Source: Phallusia mammillata (Eukaryota). Taken from it: a DNA stretch of 64,000 nt. The translations under genes and the position numbers were made by a program. The DNA lies in assembly GCA_965637545.1 (NCBI GenBank), contig OZ281495.1:3720001-3784000 (forward strand), in the 5' to 3' direction. This document shows positions 26,701 to 41,551 of the stretch, in pieces. The first letter of the stretch is position 1, and every line of letters starts with the position of its first letter. The notes under the pieces are model-generated. The model was not told the DNA's origin, made no database searches, and saw nothing but the letters and a program-made list of their open reading frames with translations.

Positions 26701-27959
26701 TGTTTTAAACTAAACAATTTGTCATGTGTAATTTGAGCCGTCTTCACCAATATTAAAAAAAAACAGTTTAATCTAGGATAATTTAATAAAATAATGCATA
26801 TCGAAATGTTAGTAACGGGTAATTTGAAAATAAAAGTCTACTAGCAATTTTAGTTTGTTTACTAAAGGCTAAAGATATGTGTTAATGCACAAATAGCCTC
26901 TGCATTTAGACGAGTCTCGCCACGTCACATAGCTACAATAAATCTGGTGGGTTGGGGTAGAACGCTACTGACGCGTGACGGGTAACCAGCGTGGGCCCCA
27001 GTATCGTCTCACAACGATAAAAACGCGATTATTTACATGGCGTAAGTGGTTGTTTGAATCTGAGTGATTCTGATGTCAATGTTGTCGCTGTGTGCTGGCT
27101 GCTGCAAACACAACTCAAAACATTTATGAATCGATGATCTTTAAACCCAAACCTAATTTGTTTGTTCTATATGGAAACGCGTTTTGCAGGTTATTACTTT
27201 TTTTGCGTATCGGTAATCTTTGTGATTATTATTTTTTTGTGACAACAACTACATTGCGTTGCCAAGCAACAAATTATAACCGGTTGAAAAGTCTAAACGT
27301 TGCCGATATTTTATGGGTTGCATTGTATGGAACGTAATTTGTTCACGTGTATTTTCGCGAGGCAAACAAAGTATAGAACATCATGATAAGTTTTCACGGA
27401 AAGCACAGGACACAGCTGCAAAAGCCAAACGTGATTGTAAAACAATAGTAAACAGAAGGAAACCTAGATAAAAACGCAGCAGCTGTACCCGGTAAGAAGA
27501 AAGTGGAACTTTTGTTGTTTTTCGCAAATTGAGATGATAGCTTTACCAACATGCTGAACTGTTGCTTGTGTAACTAATGTGGCCTTATTTTGTACCAGCG
27601 GTATCCGATGAAAGCAAAGGCCATCAGATTAGATTCACTGGGCTAACTACAAATCGATTTACCGATCTTTTTACAGGAATGCTAATTTTTCTGGCGCTTG
27701 TAAAACTATTAACCCTTCTACTTTGCTTATGTTATTTTATGAAAAGGGTAAGTCTGTTGTGTATTTAAACCTTTAGCCGTTTCCTCGTGGGATGTTTGAA
27801 CATGTAGCGAAGTGCTTATTCGAGGTACATCTTAATAGAATAACACAATGTACGAATACGCCGCGTAGAATCAAAGAAAGAAGGCAATCTGTCCGGTTCG
27901 CTGTAGTCTGCAAGAGCACGAAAATCGTAGTGAGAGAGTCCGCTACATTCCCGTTGCCC

Positions 27960-28110
27960 TGAGCATCCAGGCAAAGAAATTTGTTCTCTGTCGGTCCAGG
28001 AGATCGTTTACCCTCAATTGGAACAGTTGAACAGATTTCTTCGAGTTGTTCTTTCCTCAAAACGTGTCCCTGGAATTTCAGTTGGCGCTTGGCAAGGTTC
28101 CATATCATCT
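27960..28110 (-). mobile_element. LINE (RTE-like) RT C-terminal fragment
   Basis: KRQLKFQGHVLRKEQLEEICSTVPIEGKRSPG matches the typical RTE/CR1-type C-terminal pattern (RQLKFLGHVLR...IEGKR.RG). Confidence 0.65.
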
Positions 28111-28249
28111 CTCGTTTTTAACCGACTTGGTGTAGGCAAAAGTCCAACTCCAGGTCCGTGCGCCTCTAGCAAGCTACCCACCCCTGTCATGCACGACTTC
28201 AGCATCTCAACGTCGACATTGTTGGAACGCTTGTTCCTTCGCAGGGTAA

Positions 28250-28690
28250 CAGATACCTCCTCCTTGGTCGACCGTTTTACTCGTTGGTCAGAAGCAATTC
28301 CTATGCTTGATGCCACCTCCATAACGTGTGCACGCGCATTTGCTTTCCATTGGGTATCTCGTTTCGGGGTTCGTTCTGAAATATCATCAGATCGCGGCCC
28401 TCAGTTTAACCCCGATCTATGGACGTTTTTCACCCAGTTTCTTGGAATTCAACTGTACCGCACAACCTCTTTCCACCCTCTAGCTAATGGCCTGGCGGAC
28501 GCTTTCATCGTCACATAAAAAATGCGCTTGTGGCACGTCTAGTGGGCCCTAACTCGGACGAAGAGCTACCATGGGTTATGCTTGGAATCCGCACAGCTTC
28601 AAAAGAAGACCTGCAGGCTTCAACGGCCGAACTTGTTTACGTCTCTGCCATCACCGTTCCAGGCAATTTTGTTTCGCCCAGAATACCAGC
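28250..28690 (+). mobile_element. Ty3/gypsy-type integrase core fragment (frameshifted)
   Basis: VDRFTRWSEAIP...HWVSRFG...ISSDRGPQF...TTSFHPLANGL, continuing in another frame as LPWVMLGIRTASKEDLQASTAELVY. Confidence 0.9.
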
Positions 28691-29055
28691 CTTCACCCTA
28701 AACGGCTCTTCCATTCGTGGTTACAATAAAACTGCCAGTTTGCATGTGCTTGCGCATTTAAGTCAAAACTCCAATAAACTGAGTTTATTATGTAATTTGT
28801 AAGATGACCAAAGAAACACATTGATCTCGGGAGATATCCCGCAGCAACGTATTCTAAACCACGCAAAACATAGCACGAAAAACAACAACATGGCTTTTCG
28901 ACCCAGTTGACAGTCAAAGTAAAATGTCTGACAGTTAGCACTAAAATTTTGAGTGTTTTCATTTGAGAACACAAAACTTTTTTGAAGCTATAGTTTCTTA
29001 CACACATATAAATATAAAATCCGTTCATGTGCAATTTTCGATCTATTTTTGTAGG

Positions 29056-31273
<2,218 letters not shown>

Positions 31274-31488
31274 TCAAATAATGATGAAAAAATTTGTTTT
31301 ATAATTTAAGTGCTACTTATTTATAAATGCATTGGATACCAGGAACCATTTGTTTGCGGGACAAGTTAAGGCTTTGTGACGTGTAACTACTTGTGCGAAT
31401 GTGTTTTTCCGAAATCAGAAATGTTCAACAAATTTAACTTTCGGGATTCGTATAAATCAGTTGCAAAAACATTCAATGCATGTTTCAC

Positions 31489-33876
31489 CGGACTGCTGCT
31501 GTCTTCTGGAAGTAGGAATTTCCCCTTGTCGTGACTGCACATGCTCTTGTTCGCCTTCTGTTGGTTCGGTTGATTGTTTCTTATTGACACCCCGTGTGGG
31601 GGGCACTAAAACACAATGGTTTACAATAAGATAAAGATTTTAAAATTCCAAGTAAACCAACTAGACAAAAACGATGTTTCGAAATACTGTCCTGTTTTCC
31701 AGTGACGTTATTTCAGTTCGCGCTAGACAAATAGTTTATCAACCTAACTGGTAGTGGTAGGTATTTGACATCTATTAACCAGTTTGAAGTATAACTCAAC
31801 AATTTGTTTACCCGTTTCTTACAAATCATTTTATACTCATGGTCTGTGATCTATTTCTGTTGCATGATTTCCCTTATTAATACAAGATTTTCATCACTTG
31901 GTTTGTCATTTTACCATAAAAACTCCTAGACCGCGTTGAAAAGAAGTGAAGAGAAACGCGTTGACCTTCTCTGACTTGCGGTTGCTGGTCCAAATCCATT
32001 TGTTTCAAAGTTGTCAAAACTTGAGTAAGTAGCCTGGTTGTTTGTTGCTTGTCGAGAAGCGTTTTTAATTCTTCTTTTATTTTAAACATCGTGGGGCGTT
32101 TTGTTGGATCTTGATCCCAACATCGCTTCATCAGTAGTAGGAGTTGCTCTGCGATTTCTTTGTCTTCACCGACCAAAGTTTGCATCCAATCCTGTATTTC
32201 TTGACAGTCTGGTCTTTTACCTTTCTTGATTTTCTCCAATAACTCCCTTCGCTCTTCTTCTGCCAGATTTGGATAGGGAGCTTTACGATTAAGAAGGTAG
32301 TGAATTAGCATACCAAATGCATAAACGTCTTGCTCTTTTCTCGGTTCTATAGCGAGATCCTTTAGTTTTTCAGGAGCGGTGTAATAGGGAGTGTATTGGG
32401 GCCTTTCTTTTTTGGTTTGTGCCAAAGGACTCACAGGTGCAGAAATACTATAAGTTGCCAACTCGGCCCCGCCAAAATCGATTATTTTGGAATGAAGCTC
32501 TTTAGTAAGCATGATGTTTTCAGGCTTTAGGTCTTGATGGATTAAACGTTTGTCAGGCAAATTGTGACAGAAAGCCATTGCTGATGCTATTTCATATGAA
32601 ATGCGAAGGCGCACAGCAAGACCCAGTTCTTTTGACGTATCCAGAAGCAGCTCTCTAAGGTTACCCCCTTTGTAATATTCCATCACAATTCCCATTGCAA
32701 AAGACCATTGGACGAAGCCGAAAATTCGAACGACGTTTTCATGATCTGCTTTCATCAAGTGTTCCATTTCTTCTTTAACTCTAAGGTAATGAGTTTTATA
32801 TTACGCTGGATGTTTATATGCTATGCTCTCTTTCCCCAAAAGTAAATGTTGCTTCTCATACGCTGCGAGGTAACGAGCAGGTTGATCATTTTAGGTACAG
32901 CGTCGTTTTTTTTCATACATCATACAATCATTTCATACAACAATTAATCGACAAGTTAGTTAAAAACCACAATTGGCAAACTGGTTGCATTAGCTATTTC
33001 TCACTCTTTTGTGTGAACGGTTACGTCGTGATTTTTTACAAATTTCTGTGATCACACAAAATCAAAGATGTATTAATATAGAAATCGTCCTGATTCACGG
33101 TTCCTTAACTTCAGACGATTCCGTTAAAATATTTTGACATATCTTAGCTGACTATTTCACCATACTTAAATCGGTCTGTGTATGTATTTCTTTTTTACTA
33201 AATCAATAATGACTGATGATGCTATATTATAAGGGCGAAATCGGTATTTGCAGTGTTAGAAATACACGGACTGATTTGAGTTTGCTAAAATTGTCCGCTA
33301 AGAAATGACAAAGCAAAATCACTTTTAAAAGACCCTCACTAACAGTTGTAATTTATGTACATCACTGTATGCGACCTAAAAACTTACGTTTTTGTGGCTC
33401 GAGCCCTTTCCTGTTTTCCACCCGCGACCTCAAAGACTTTTATGGCGACTTCTTTCTTTAGACCCTCGTGATATCCAATTAGAACATCTCCAAAGCTTCC
33501 CGAACCGGCCACGAATTCGTCAAGGTTACATGTGATGTCACCACAATCCAATTCGCGTAACTGTTTTAGCAACATGACAATGTAAATAATCACAAATCTT
33601 TTTACATTTTCTTTATGACTTGTTACGAAACAGAGGTCACTAAAATGTTGGCTAAAACAACTTTGCTACTAACACCGCGGAAATCGACCTGGAACTGCCA
33701 AATGGTATTAGCGGTTTTATTCACTATTATACCCGCATTCTCTATTTTTTTTATATGTTAATTAAGTTTTAAACCGTACTTCATCAAACCGTACTGTATG
33801 TTACATTTTCTTAAAACCATAACCGGTGTTAAACTATTTTTAAATATAATTTACTTACTTCGTTGGTTGCAGCCAT
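31489..33876 (-). CDS. Kinase 1: non-RD TKL/RIPK-like Ser/Thr kinase plus linker exon
   Basis: Exons 33876-33859 (MAATNE), 33560-33388 (GSGSFG, VAIK), 32780-31915 (HQDLKPEN, DFG, APE, RCW...RPT) and 31605-31489 (117-nt phase-1 linker). Phases are compatible throughout. Confidence 0.92.
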
Positions 33877-34179
33877 TGTAATACTTAACTCTTACACTAA
33901 ATCCAGCCTATAAGTAAATTCAGCTCAGTTCCTCTTGCTGAGTAAAATGTCTGGTATCAGTTAAAGTTGGTCAAATATTAATCTAGCGGACACGTAATTG
34001 CAGACTAAATCTCAATGGCTAAAACAAACAATGCCTGTAGCCCAAACTTTTTTATTTTTTTTGGCAGCACTGCATTACTTTAATGTAGAACAAACTTCAC
34101 AGAGTTCAATAATGAGTCTAAATTGCAACAGAACGCATTTTTACCCAGACAACACTATTGGACAATATGGCGACGCGTT

Positions 34180-34222
34180 TATGAGGCTTGGGGACGCGTT
34201 TATGAGGCTTGGTGAGGCGTAA
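34180..34222 (+). repeat. Short 21-bp tandem repeat (about 2 copies)
   Basis: gacgcgtttatgaggcttgg(g) occurs twice, followed by a partial third copy. Confidence 0.8.
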
Positions 34223-37200
34223 CTTCTTGACAAACAAAAGCGACGCCCACAAAACACTGTTTCTGTCGTGTCAGACAAAACGAAAGAATGGAAAGATAAC
34301 AGATACAAGATTTAACCACAGTATTTCCTGCAGGGTGCGCAAATGGCAGTCCAAACAGATTATTTGCGCTAGTCCAACCAGATCTGATTCACAAGCTAAC
34401 TGAAAAACACTTGCAACAGCTAATTGAAAACGAGATTTTACGGTCAGCAACGTGTAAGTCAACAACCAGAATTTTTTCAGGAACTCTAATCGGTATCGAA
34501 CTATAAGGCCAAGAATAGGCAAAACAAAGCTTTGCAACAATAAATGTTGTAGGTTGGGGTATAACGCCACTGAGGTGTGACGGGTAACCAACGTGGGAAG
34601 TAAAGTATCGTCACAACGATAGAAACGCGACTATTTACATTGCGCAAGTGTTTGCATCAACTTGAGTGATTCTGCTTTTGGGTTGTGCTCTGTGTGCTGG
34701 CTGCTGCAAACAAAAGGAATTTCAAACTGTTCTGGATCGGTGATTCTCAACCACGACTCTTACTTTTTAGTTTGACACATTATCATTTTTACTCATTAAT
34801 TTGTAATAATTGTCCACAGTAACAACTATATTTCGTTGCCAAGCAACATATCGATCAGCAGACAAATTGTTTTTTCGCGAAGCATGTATAACGCAGTTGT
34901 CACCTGACTGTGTTTGTGGAAATCCTTCTGCCATAAAATTTGTCGTTTTAAAGATATTAAAATTTTAATTTAGAGTGTTTCACAATTCTAAAAACCTTCG
35001 TTACTTGTAATCAGTTTCTTTAGTAATCACAGAATATACAATTACTAGTTGCGCACAATAAAGAGTTTATGAAATATGCCTGATGGCAACACCGCTGTAT
35101 GTATTCTGAGATACTTTTATCCATAAACACTTTCGACATTGTTTCCTTATTAATGAGATATTACGCACCTCAAAAGCATCACCGCTCCACTACTTATTTG
35201 ATATTTGAGCTATCTTTAGCACATGTGGCTAGTGAACTCAACATGCTAAACCAAAACACCATCTTATGTAGCACAACCTATTACTTAACAAATAGTAATT
35301 AATTTTCTTTCGGATATAAATGTTTCAATGACATCGTCAAATTTATCGCCTCCAACACTCCATTGAACACCTAATTTACTTTTTATTACATCTATTTCTA
35401 TTGCGCATGTGCAGTTGCATGAACAAAAGTCGGACCGACAACACGACTAGTATGTCTGAAATGCGCCTGATGTGCATCAGCTGAAACGAGAAAAGGTGTT
35501 TTTCACAAACTCACCGAGACCGGCGCGTTCTTAGTTGTCACTAGACCGTACAATGTAGGGGCTGAAGACAAAACGTTTCCCAGTAAATTAAACGACAAAA
35601 GCACAAAAAAAACGCCCATATCAAACGAATGAGCTTGCGCTAAAACTTAACCTTGAATCTTAAGTGTTTTGCGAAACGCTGTTATGACTACTCTATGCTG
35701 TGTTGCTGAAAAATGGAAAGTGTTTAGTGATAAAATCAGCAATTGTTTTAAAATGTTTGAAAACACGTTTAAACAGTCATGTAAAATATTTCTTATTCCA
35801 GAGTGTGATCCGTAGCATTTACCAACCTTTCCACGTTCGTTTATCAGGCTCTGCTACGTAACGTATCTCAAGCAAACAGGGTTTGTAACGTGTAAATAAA
35901 AAACAAAAGTTTACCGACAATTTTTGATCAAAAGGTTAAAAACAGATGTGAAAACATAAATAATGTTTCATTCGAGTCTCGCCACGTCACTTTGCAACAA
36001 TAAAGCTGATGGGTTGGGGTAGAACGCCACTGAGGCGTGACGGGTAACCAAGTTTGGGGCTCAAGTATCATCACAACGATCGAAACTCCATTGTTCACAC
36101 GGCGAACTTGTTTGTATGAATCTGAGTGATTCTGTGGTGCTGGCTGCTGCAAATGCAAACACAACTCAACATTTGTGAATCGGTGATGATTATATCCAAA
36201 CCTCAATTATTCATTTCGCGGAAACGCGTTCTGCAGGTTATTACATTTTTGCATATTGGTAATCTTTGTCATTATCATTTGCCTGCAACAACAACTACAT
36301 TTCGTTGCCATGAAACATACCAATGAGTAGAAAAAAACTAACGTTGCTGATGTTTTGTGGGTCGTATTGTATTGTTCACAGGTACATTAGCAAGGCAAAC
36401 GAAGTATAAGATATTATAGAAAGTATGAGATATCTTTTCCAGCAAGCTGGACTGTTTTTTTTGTGTAATTCGTGTGTCAAATACATCCCCAAGCTTTTTC
36501 TTGGATAGTTTTTTTCGTCCCAATAAAAATACCCACCCTTCTGCTTGGTTGATGTTTTTGTGGGAAGGAAAGTCTATTGTGTATGTGAAACTATCAAACG
36601 ATAGCAACAAGAAATGCAAAAAATACCAAAAACTCCCGTACACTGTTGAATGTTCAGTCCAACTTCGTGACTTTACGCGTTCACTCATGGGATGTTTTCA
36701 TATTGCAAAAATTGCAAAATAGTAAAATAAATAAAAATATCTTGCAAAACTAAAAAATAGTTAAAAAGCAATCATATATGCTCAAGGTACAACTTGTGTT
36801 GAGAGGTAATGAAAATTTCCCTGTTGCAAGTTTGTAGCCACAACCCATCGTATTTGTTGAATGGTTAATTCTTTATTCACACAAACAATTGTGATGTCAC
36901 AATGTTACAATATGGAGAAATGCAAATATGTTTTGTTTGTGTGCTAGCTGCTAGGACTATGATTATTCGATCTGTTATGCACCTAACAAAACCTGACTGC
37001 TAATTTTCATACTTTTTAAGTTTCTAAGCGAACAAGGAAGATTTGGATTGTCCACTTGTTGGAATCTATTTTTTCTAAATTCCATTTCAAGTAAAGACTT
37101 TTGGCTGAGGTTTGTTCTTTAACAGTTATATTATGCTGATAATAGATGATATTTTATATCTTGTGCTAAGCCTATTCTTTCTAAATGACATTTTACATTG

Positions 37201-39780
37201 ATATAACTTTTTTGGGGCTTTCTGCATTTAAATTTGGACCATTGTGGGTTGAATATGAGTTTGCGTACTTAATGTATTATTTCTTCTCTTAAATAGGGCC
37301 AACAACAGTGTCACTTAGTGATGTAACAGTCCAGATCATTGATTACATGACAATGCCCCAATCACCAATGAGCAGAGAAAAAGCAAAAACTGGCCAAACA
37401 AACTATCATTGAATGAGAAAAAGATCCCAAATGACACGTTTATAACTATTTATGCATACAATTTTAGGGTAAACTGAAGTAGTCTTTTTGTGTTTAGTTT
37501 TTGGAATTTTAGCATCGATATTGTGATACTTTATTATTAAGCCTATCCTTTCTAAATGACACTTTTACTTAGTTTGATTTCGCTGAAGTTTTCTGCATTC
37601 AGTTTTTTACCATAGCGGGTCCGGACCCCCCCCCCTTTTCAAAAAGTTATGCGTAAATTAAATAGGCCAAAATCGTTCCGTTTACCACTGCGTGATAACA
37701 GGGAGTCGTTATCTCAAAGACGTGAGCCTTCAATCTCTTGTATTCGCTTGTTATCTAATCGCCAATTGTGACGTAACAAGGGTTTAATAAGGAGGTTTAT
37801 GCGCTAATAATCGGAAAGTTACGTTCCCGCTAGGACGCTGATAGCAGTTTCTTGCTAAGTGGTAACTGCACTAAGTGCAACATATCAAACTGTTTTTGCA
37901 TTTGAACAATGTAAAAGTGTTAAAAACGTGTAATGTTGTGTTGCTTTGATCCGCCAAACACGTAATAGTTTGTCAAAAACATTAGATCGATGTAAATCGA
38001 GTTATGTTATTAGGGTAATTTGTTACTTGCCAGGCACAATTTATGCCTTCTGCAGTTACCACCTTTAGTGCATTCGTGACTTTGCGCAACTTAACAGTAG
38101 GATTACCGCTTCAGCAAGAGATTTAGTTCTTTGGAAATTGGACCCTGTTTTTTAAGCAACGATTTTGATTACCTGACAGTCACGTGTAGCGGTTACAACA
38201 CTATTGTGCAATGTTTATGAAAACGATTGCATGTTATTTCGCAATAACGTTTCACACCACGAAATGGAAATGTTTACCCTCATTTCTGCATAGACTAATG
38301 TTTATATTTCCGTTTCTATGGTAGTCATAAGTTATTTTCAGCCATTTTTCGGGTTCCAGAAAGATCTAACAGTAAACATAGTGTTTATTCCCTTATGACA
38401 CATATTTCCGTCGGTATTTGCAATGTTTCCGCAGTTGTGATTCGTATTAGAACGCGTCGTTTCCACCCTGTGAAAAAGCATATGGTGTTCACCAAAAGGC
38501 GCTATGGCACTATAAATTACATGGCTACCTTAAAATAAATAATATAAGTAATATGAGAAAAAGAATTCGTACACCGGCTTATGTTTCGCATTGTTATATA
38601 AGCGTGGACTTTGATGTTTGCGGGGGGCTATTTTCGGCCTTCTATTCGTCGTTCTATTTGGGTTCTATTTGTGGGTTCTATTTGTTCCTGCTATTTCCAC
38701 CGGGAAAGCGGCTATTTTGGGGCTTCTATTGTTATCCCATGTGGATGTGTAGCTGATTTGAACGTTCGCCTTTGACGTTATTCAAGAATACAAAGAAAGA
38801 AGAGACATATGTGTGGCTGTTAATCAGCCAGCTGTTATTGAGATGCAAAGATCAGACTCACCAAACAATTTGCAATGAACATCATAGTTCACACCGTAGC
38901 GGTCCTTCACAGGCCGCCATCTAGGCAGCAGCACCTACAAAGTGGTGCCCACGAGTTACTACACACCTTCCGAGCTCGCTTCCAGCGCAGGCAGATGTCG
39001 CTTCAAATTGGTACCTTACGAGCAAGGTTCGGACAGCACGTTCAAAGTGGTGCCCCAAACGGTTCGAACAAGTCGTCATTTGGACAAGGGTTACTGACAG
39101 ATTGCCCTGACGCTCGACCGAACTTACCAGAGACTTTTCGAGCACAACCAGACATTTTAGTTATGTGCAACGCCACCGACATCCCATTGGAATCAGAAAC
39201 AAAAGATGAGGAACAACTCGACTACCAAGATCACGGAATTAACATTCACGCGTTTGCGCCGATGGAGACGTGTTTCCTTTCTTAAGTAAGTGCGTGTGAA
39301 ATCTGCACTTGACTATTTTCTATATTGTGAAATCTATATTTTATTCGCTAAGTAACACTTTATAAGATAAATCAGCTGTGTATACTTACATGTTTAGTTG
39401 TGTGTATGCATTACTAATTTAGTAAATTAAAAATTAATATAGCCTAAGTAAATATTTTGCTAGTGTCAAACTGTAAACGTGTTCTTCGATGTGTCTCACC
39501 GTCAATTTATGTTTCACGTTTCATGTCAACGGTTTTGTCATGCCGAAAACGTTTTTATTTCACTACTAACGCTGCATGATATGTATTGACTCCCTGGTTT
39601 GAGCTGTTTAATAAGATTACACATTTTCCACACACAAATTTCACATGTAAACAACGAACCTGTCAAAAACAAGTGAGCTCAGTCACGCTGGGGACAATTG
39701 CCCAAACCCAAGAAAACAAGCATCCTAGCCGAAACACGACGTGTTTCTACGCCATATTTTGTCTGCATGGTGCATACCAC

Positions 39781-39995
39781 TTCGAGCAACAAGCTCCAAC
39801 TATTTTCAAGTCTGCAAAAAGATATTTCGAGCAACAAGCTCCAACTATTTTCAAGTCTACAAAAAGACATTTCGAGCAACATGCTCCAACTATTTACAAT
39901 TCTACGAATTATGAGCTAAGAGCTCCAACTACTTACAAGTCTACAAAAAGACATTTCGAGCAACATGCTCCAACTATTTACAAGTCTACAAACGA
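39781..39995 (+). repeat. 45-bp minisatellite (about 5 units) inside the LTR element
   Basis: Consensus ttcgagcaaca(a/t)gctccaactattt(t/a)caagtctacaaaaagacat. Reads FEQ(Q/H)APTI(F/Y)KSTKRH in the env frame. Confidence 0.95.
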
Positions 39996-40035
39996 TATTT
40001 TTGAGTCCTACATTTACGACTCAGCCTAAACATGA

Positions 40036-40980
40036 AGAAGACAGCTGTCAGACATCTTATACTTTCAATGCCAATCTACTCAAATAACGGCGTTACTGGC
40101 GGGGTCCAGTGCACACATTTCCCCAAGCCAGATATTATCCTACTTGAAGGGGAAACCGACAGCAGCGATGACGCACGGCGACATGCTCTTAGAAACCGCT
40201 TGTACCACATCAAAAATGCGTTTGTTGCGAAGTCTGCGAATAAAGAATAGCAATTACTTTGCTACAAGGCCTCTTTTCGTAAAAGTTCATACTGGCCAGG
40301 TGAACAACGATGAAAAGACCTACCAACTTTATGACCAGAGTAATGTTTTCCCAGACCTAGTTTACAAGGAAACATTTCGGCCCAACCGAATGTTCACTTT
40401 CAAAGTTCATAATACTTATTACTTATTCGTCAATTATACTCTTGCAAGAGTCGAAACCAATATCCAGCTACTTTCTCCTATTATCAAGATGATAAATGAA
40501 TCTTTTCAATCTTATGATTTCGTTGAAGCGGCCCAGCTTCTCAAATATATACCTAGTGAAAATCGCGCGTTATCGGACGTTCTAGACGTCCTCTCAAGCA
40601 CTCAACTAAACAACGAACGAATGAATTTCTTCTTCGATTCACAAACTAACCTTTCCACAGAAGGGGGAATTGATGACAAGGTTCTGCCGCAAAATCTTCT
40701 CAAGTCAGCTTTCATCACCCTTTTATCTTCTGTGACCAGTCCTGCTGCAAATGCATTCCTCTCCTTCCTCGTTATCCAAGCTTTGTTCTGGGGAATAGCC
40801 TTGTCCCTGTTGACATTAAAGCATCTTTTTCAACGTATTCAACCAATAGCAAGACCAAAAATCAACCAGGCAGTTGCAGAATTACAACGCCGCTGGAATT
40901 TACGTCATCAACAACAAAACAACGATGACGACACGAATGGACAGTTTCAGGAAGCGATTAACACAGAACCAGAAGCCTGA
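40036..40980 (+). CDS. env: Env-like class III viral fusion glycoprotein, herpesvirus gB-like C-terminal half
   Basis: Open frame from 40036: ...ILYFQCQSTQITALLAGSSAHISPSQILSYLKGKPTAAMTHGDMLLETAC...RSLRI...ATRPLF...GQVNND...RMFTFKVHNTYYLFVNY. Then a hydrophobic membrane-proximal/TM segment (AFLSFLVIQALFWGIALSLLTL) and a charged tail. Motif order parallels gB domains III-V (recalled from memory, not searched). Two stops at 40027-40035 separate it from the upstream ORF in the same frame. Confidence 0.7.
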   Translation, partial: RRQLSDILYFQCQSTQITALLAGSSAHISPSQILSYLKGKPTAAMTHGDMLLETACTTSKMRLLRSLRIKNSNYFATRPLFVKVHTGQVNNDEKTYQLYDQSNVFPDLVYKETFRPNRMFTFKVHNTYYLFVNYTLARVETNIQLLSPIIKMINESFQSYDFVEAAQLLKYIPSENRALSDVLDVLSSTQLNNERMNFFFDSQTNLSTEGGIDDKVLPQNLLKSAFITLLSSVTSPAANAFLSFLVIQALFWGIALSLLTLKHLFQRIQPIARPKINQAVAELQRRWNLRHQQQNNDDDTNGQFQEAINTEPEA

Positions 40981-41488
40981 AATACTGTTCCCAGACTAGT
41001 TGCTGAGCGAACAGCATATGTTACACTATACTATATTAAACATTTCACACACTCAGCTAAGCCTGAACGTAATATTACTCTAGCCGTTTGGCAGATCATA
41101 CCACAACACATTAACTTTAACGTTTCACGTTTGTCATTCTGCTAGAATAGTCAACCAAATTTTGCTTAGGGAAACCAATATATATATCTAATCCGTGAAT
41201 ATTACTAACCTTGTTTCTGCATGACAATTTCTTTTTGCATATATAAGTATTTCTTTGTTTTCGCCTTTCTCATTCAAGTGCAGAAACCCTTATTGTGTCT
41301 CCACTACAAAAATATATAATCAATGTTTTGTAAATAACGTTAAAAACTCAAAATTCGAAACCTGTGGAGAATCCAATAGCACACATTACTTTGTCATATG
41401 AATTTGCATTACATTATTCCGCCCGTTCCTTTTTCACATGAATGTAAAGTAATATATTTATACAAGTATCGCATATACTTATAAAACT

Positions 41489-41494
41489 AAAAAA

Positions 41495-41549
<55 letters not shown>
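41489..41549. repeat. Poly(A) run followed by (TA)n microsatellite
   Basis: About 24 A followed by about 18 TA units, between the env-like ORF and the PPT. Confidence 0.97.

Positions 41550-41551
<2 letters not shown>

Noticed and set aside
28014-28322. 102-aa minus-strand ORF, and the N-terminal part of ORF 28018-28518
   Set aside because: These are antisense or out-of-frame readings across the adjoining LINE and integrase fragments.
38553-38756. 67-aa ORF duplicated at 42293-42496
   Set aside because: It lies within the two LTRs over the CTATT repeat array, with no protein features.
39781-39995. Possible CRISPR array
   Set aside because: Units are contiguous with no unique spacers, the context is eukaryotic, and there are no cas genes.
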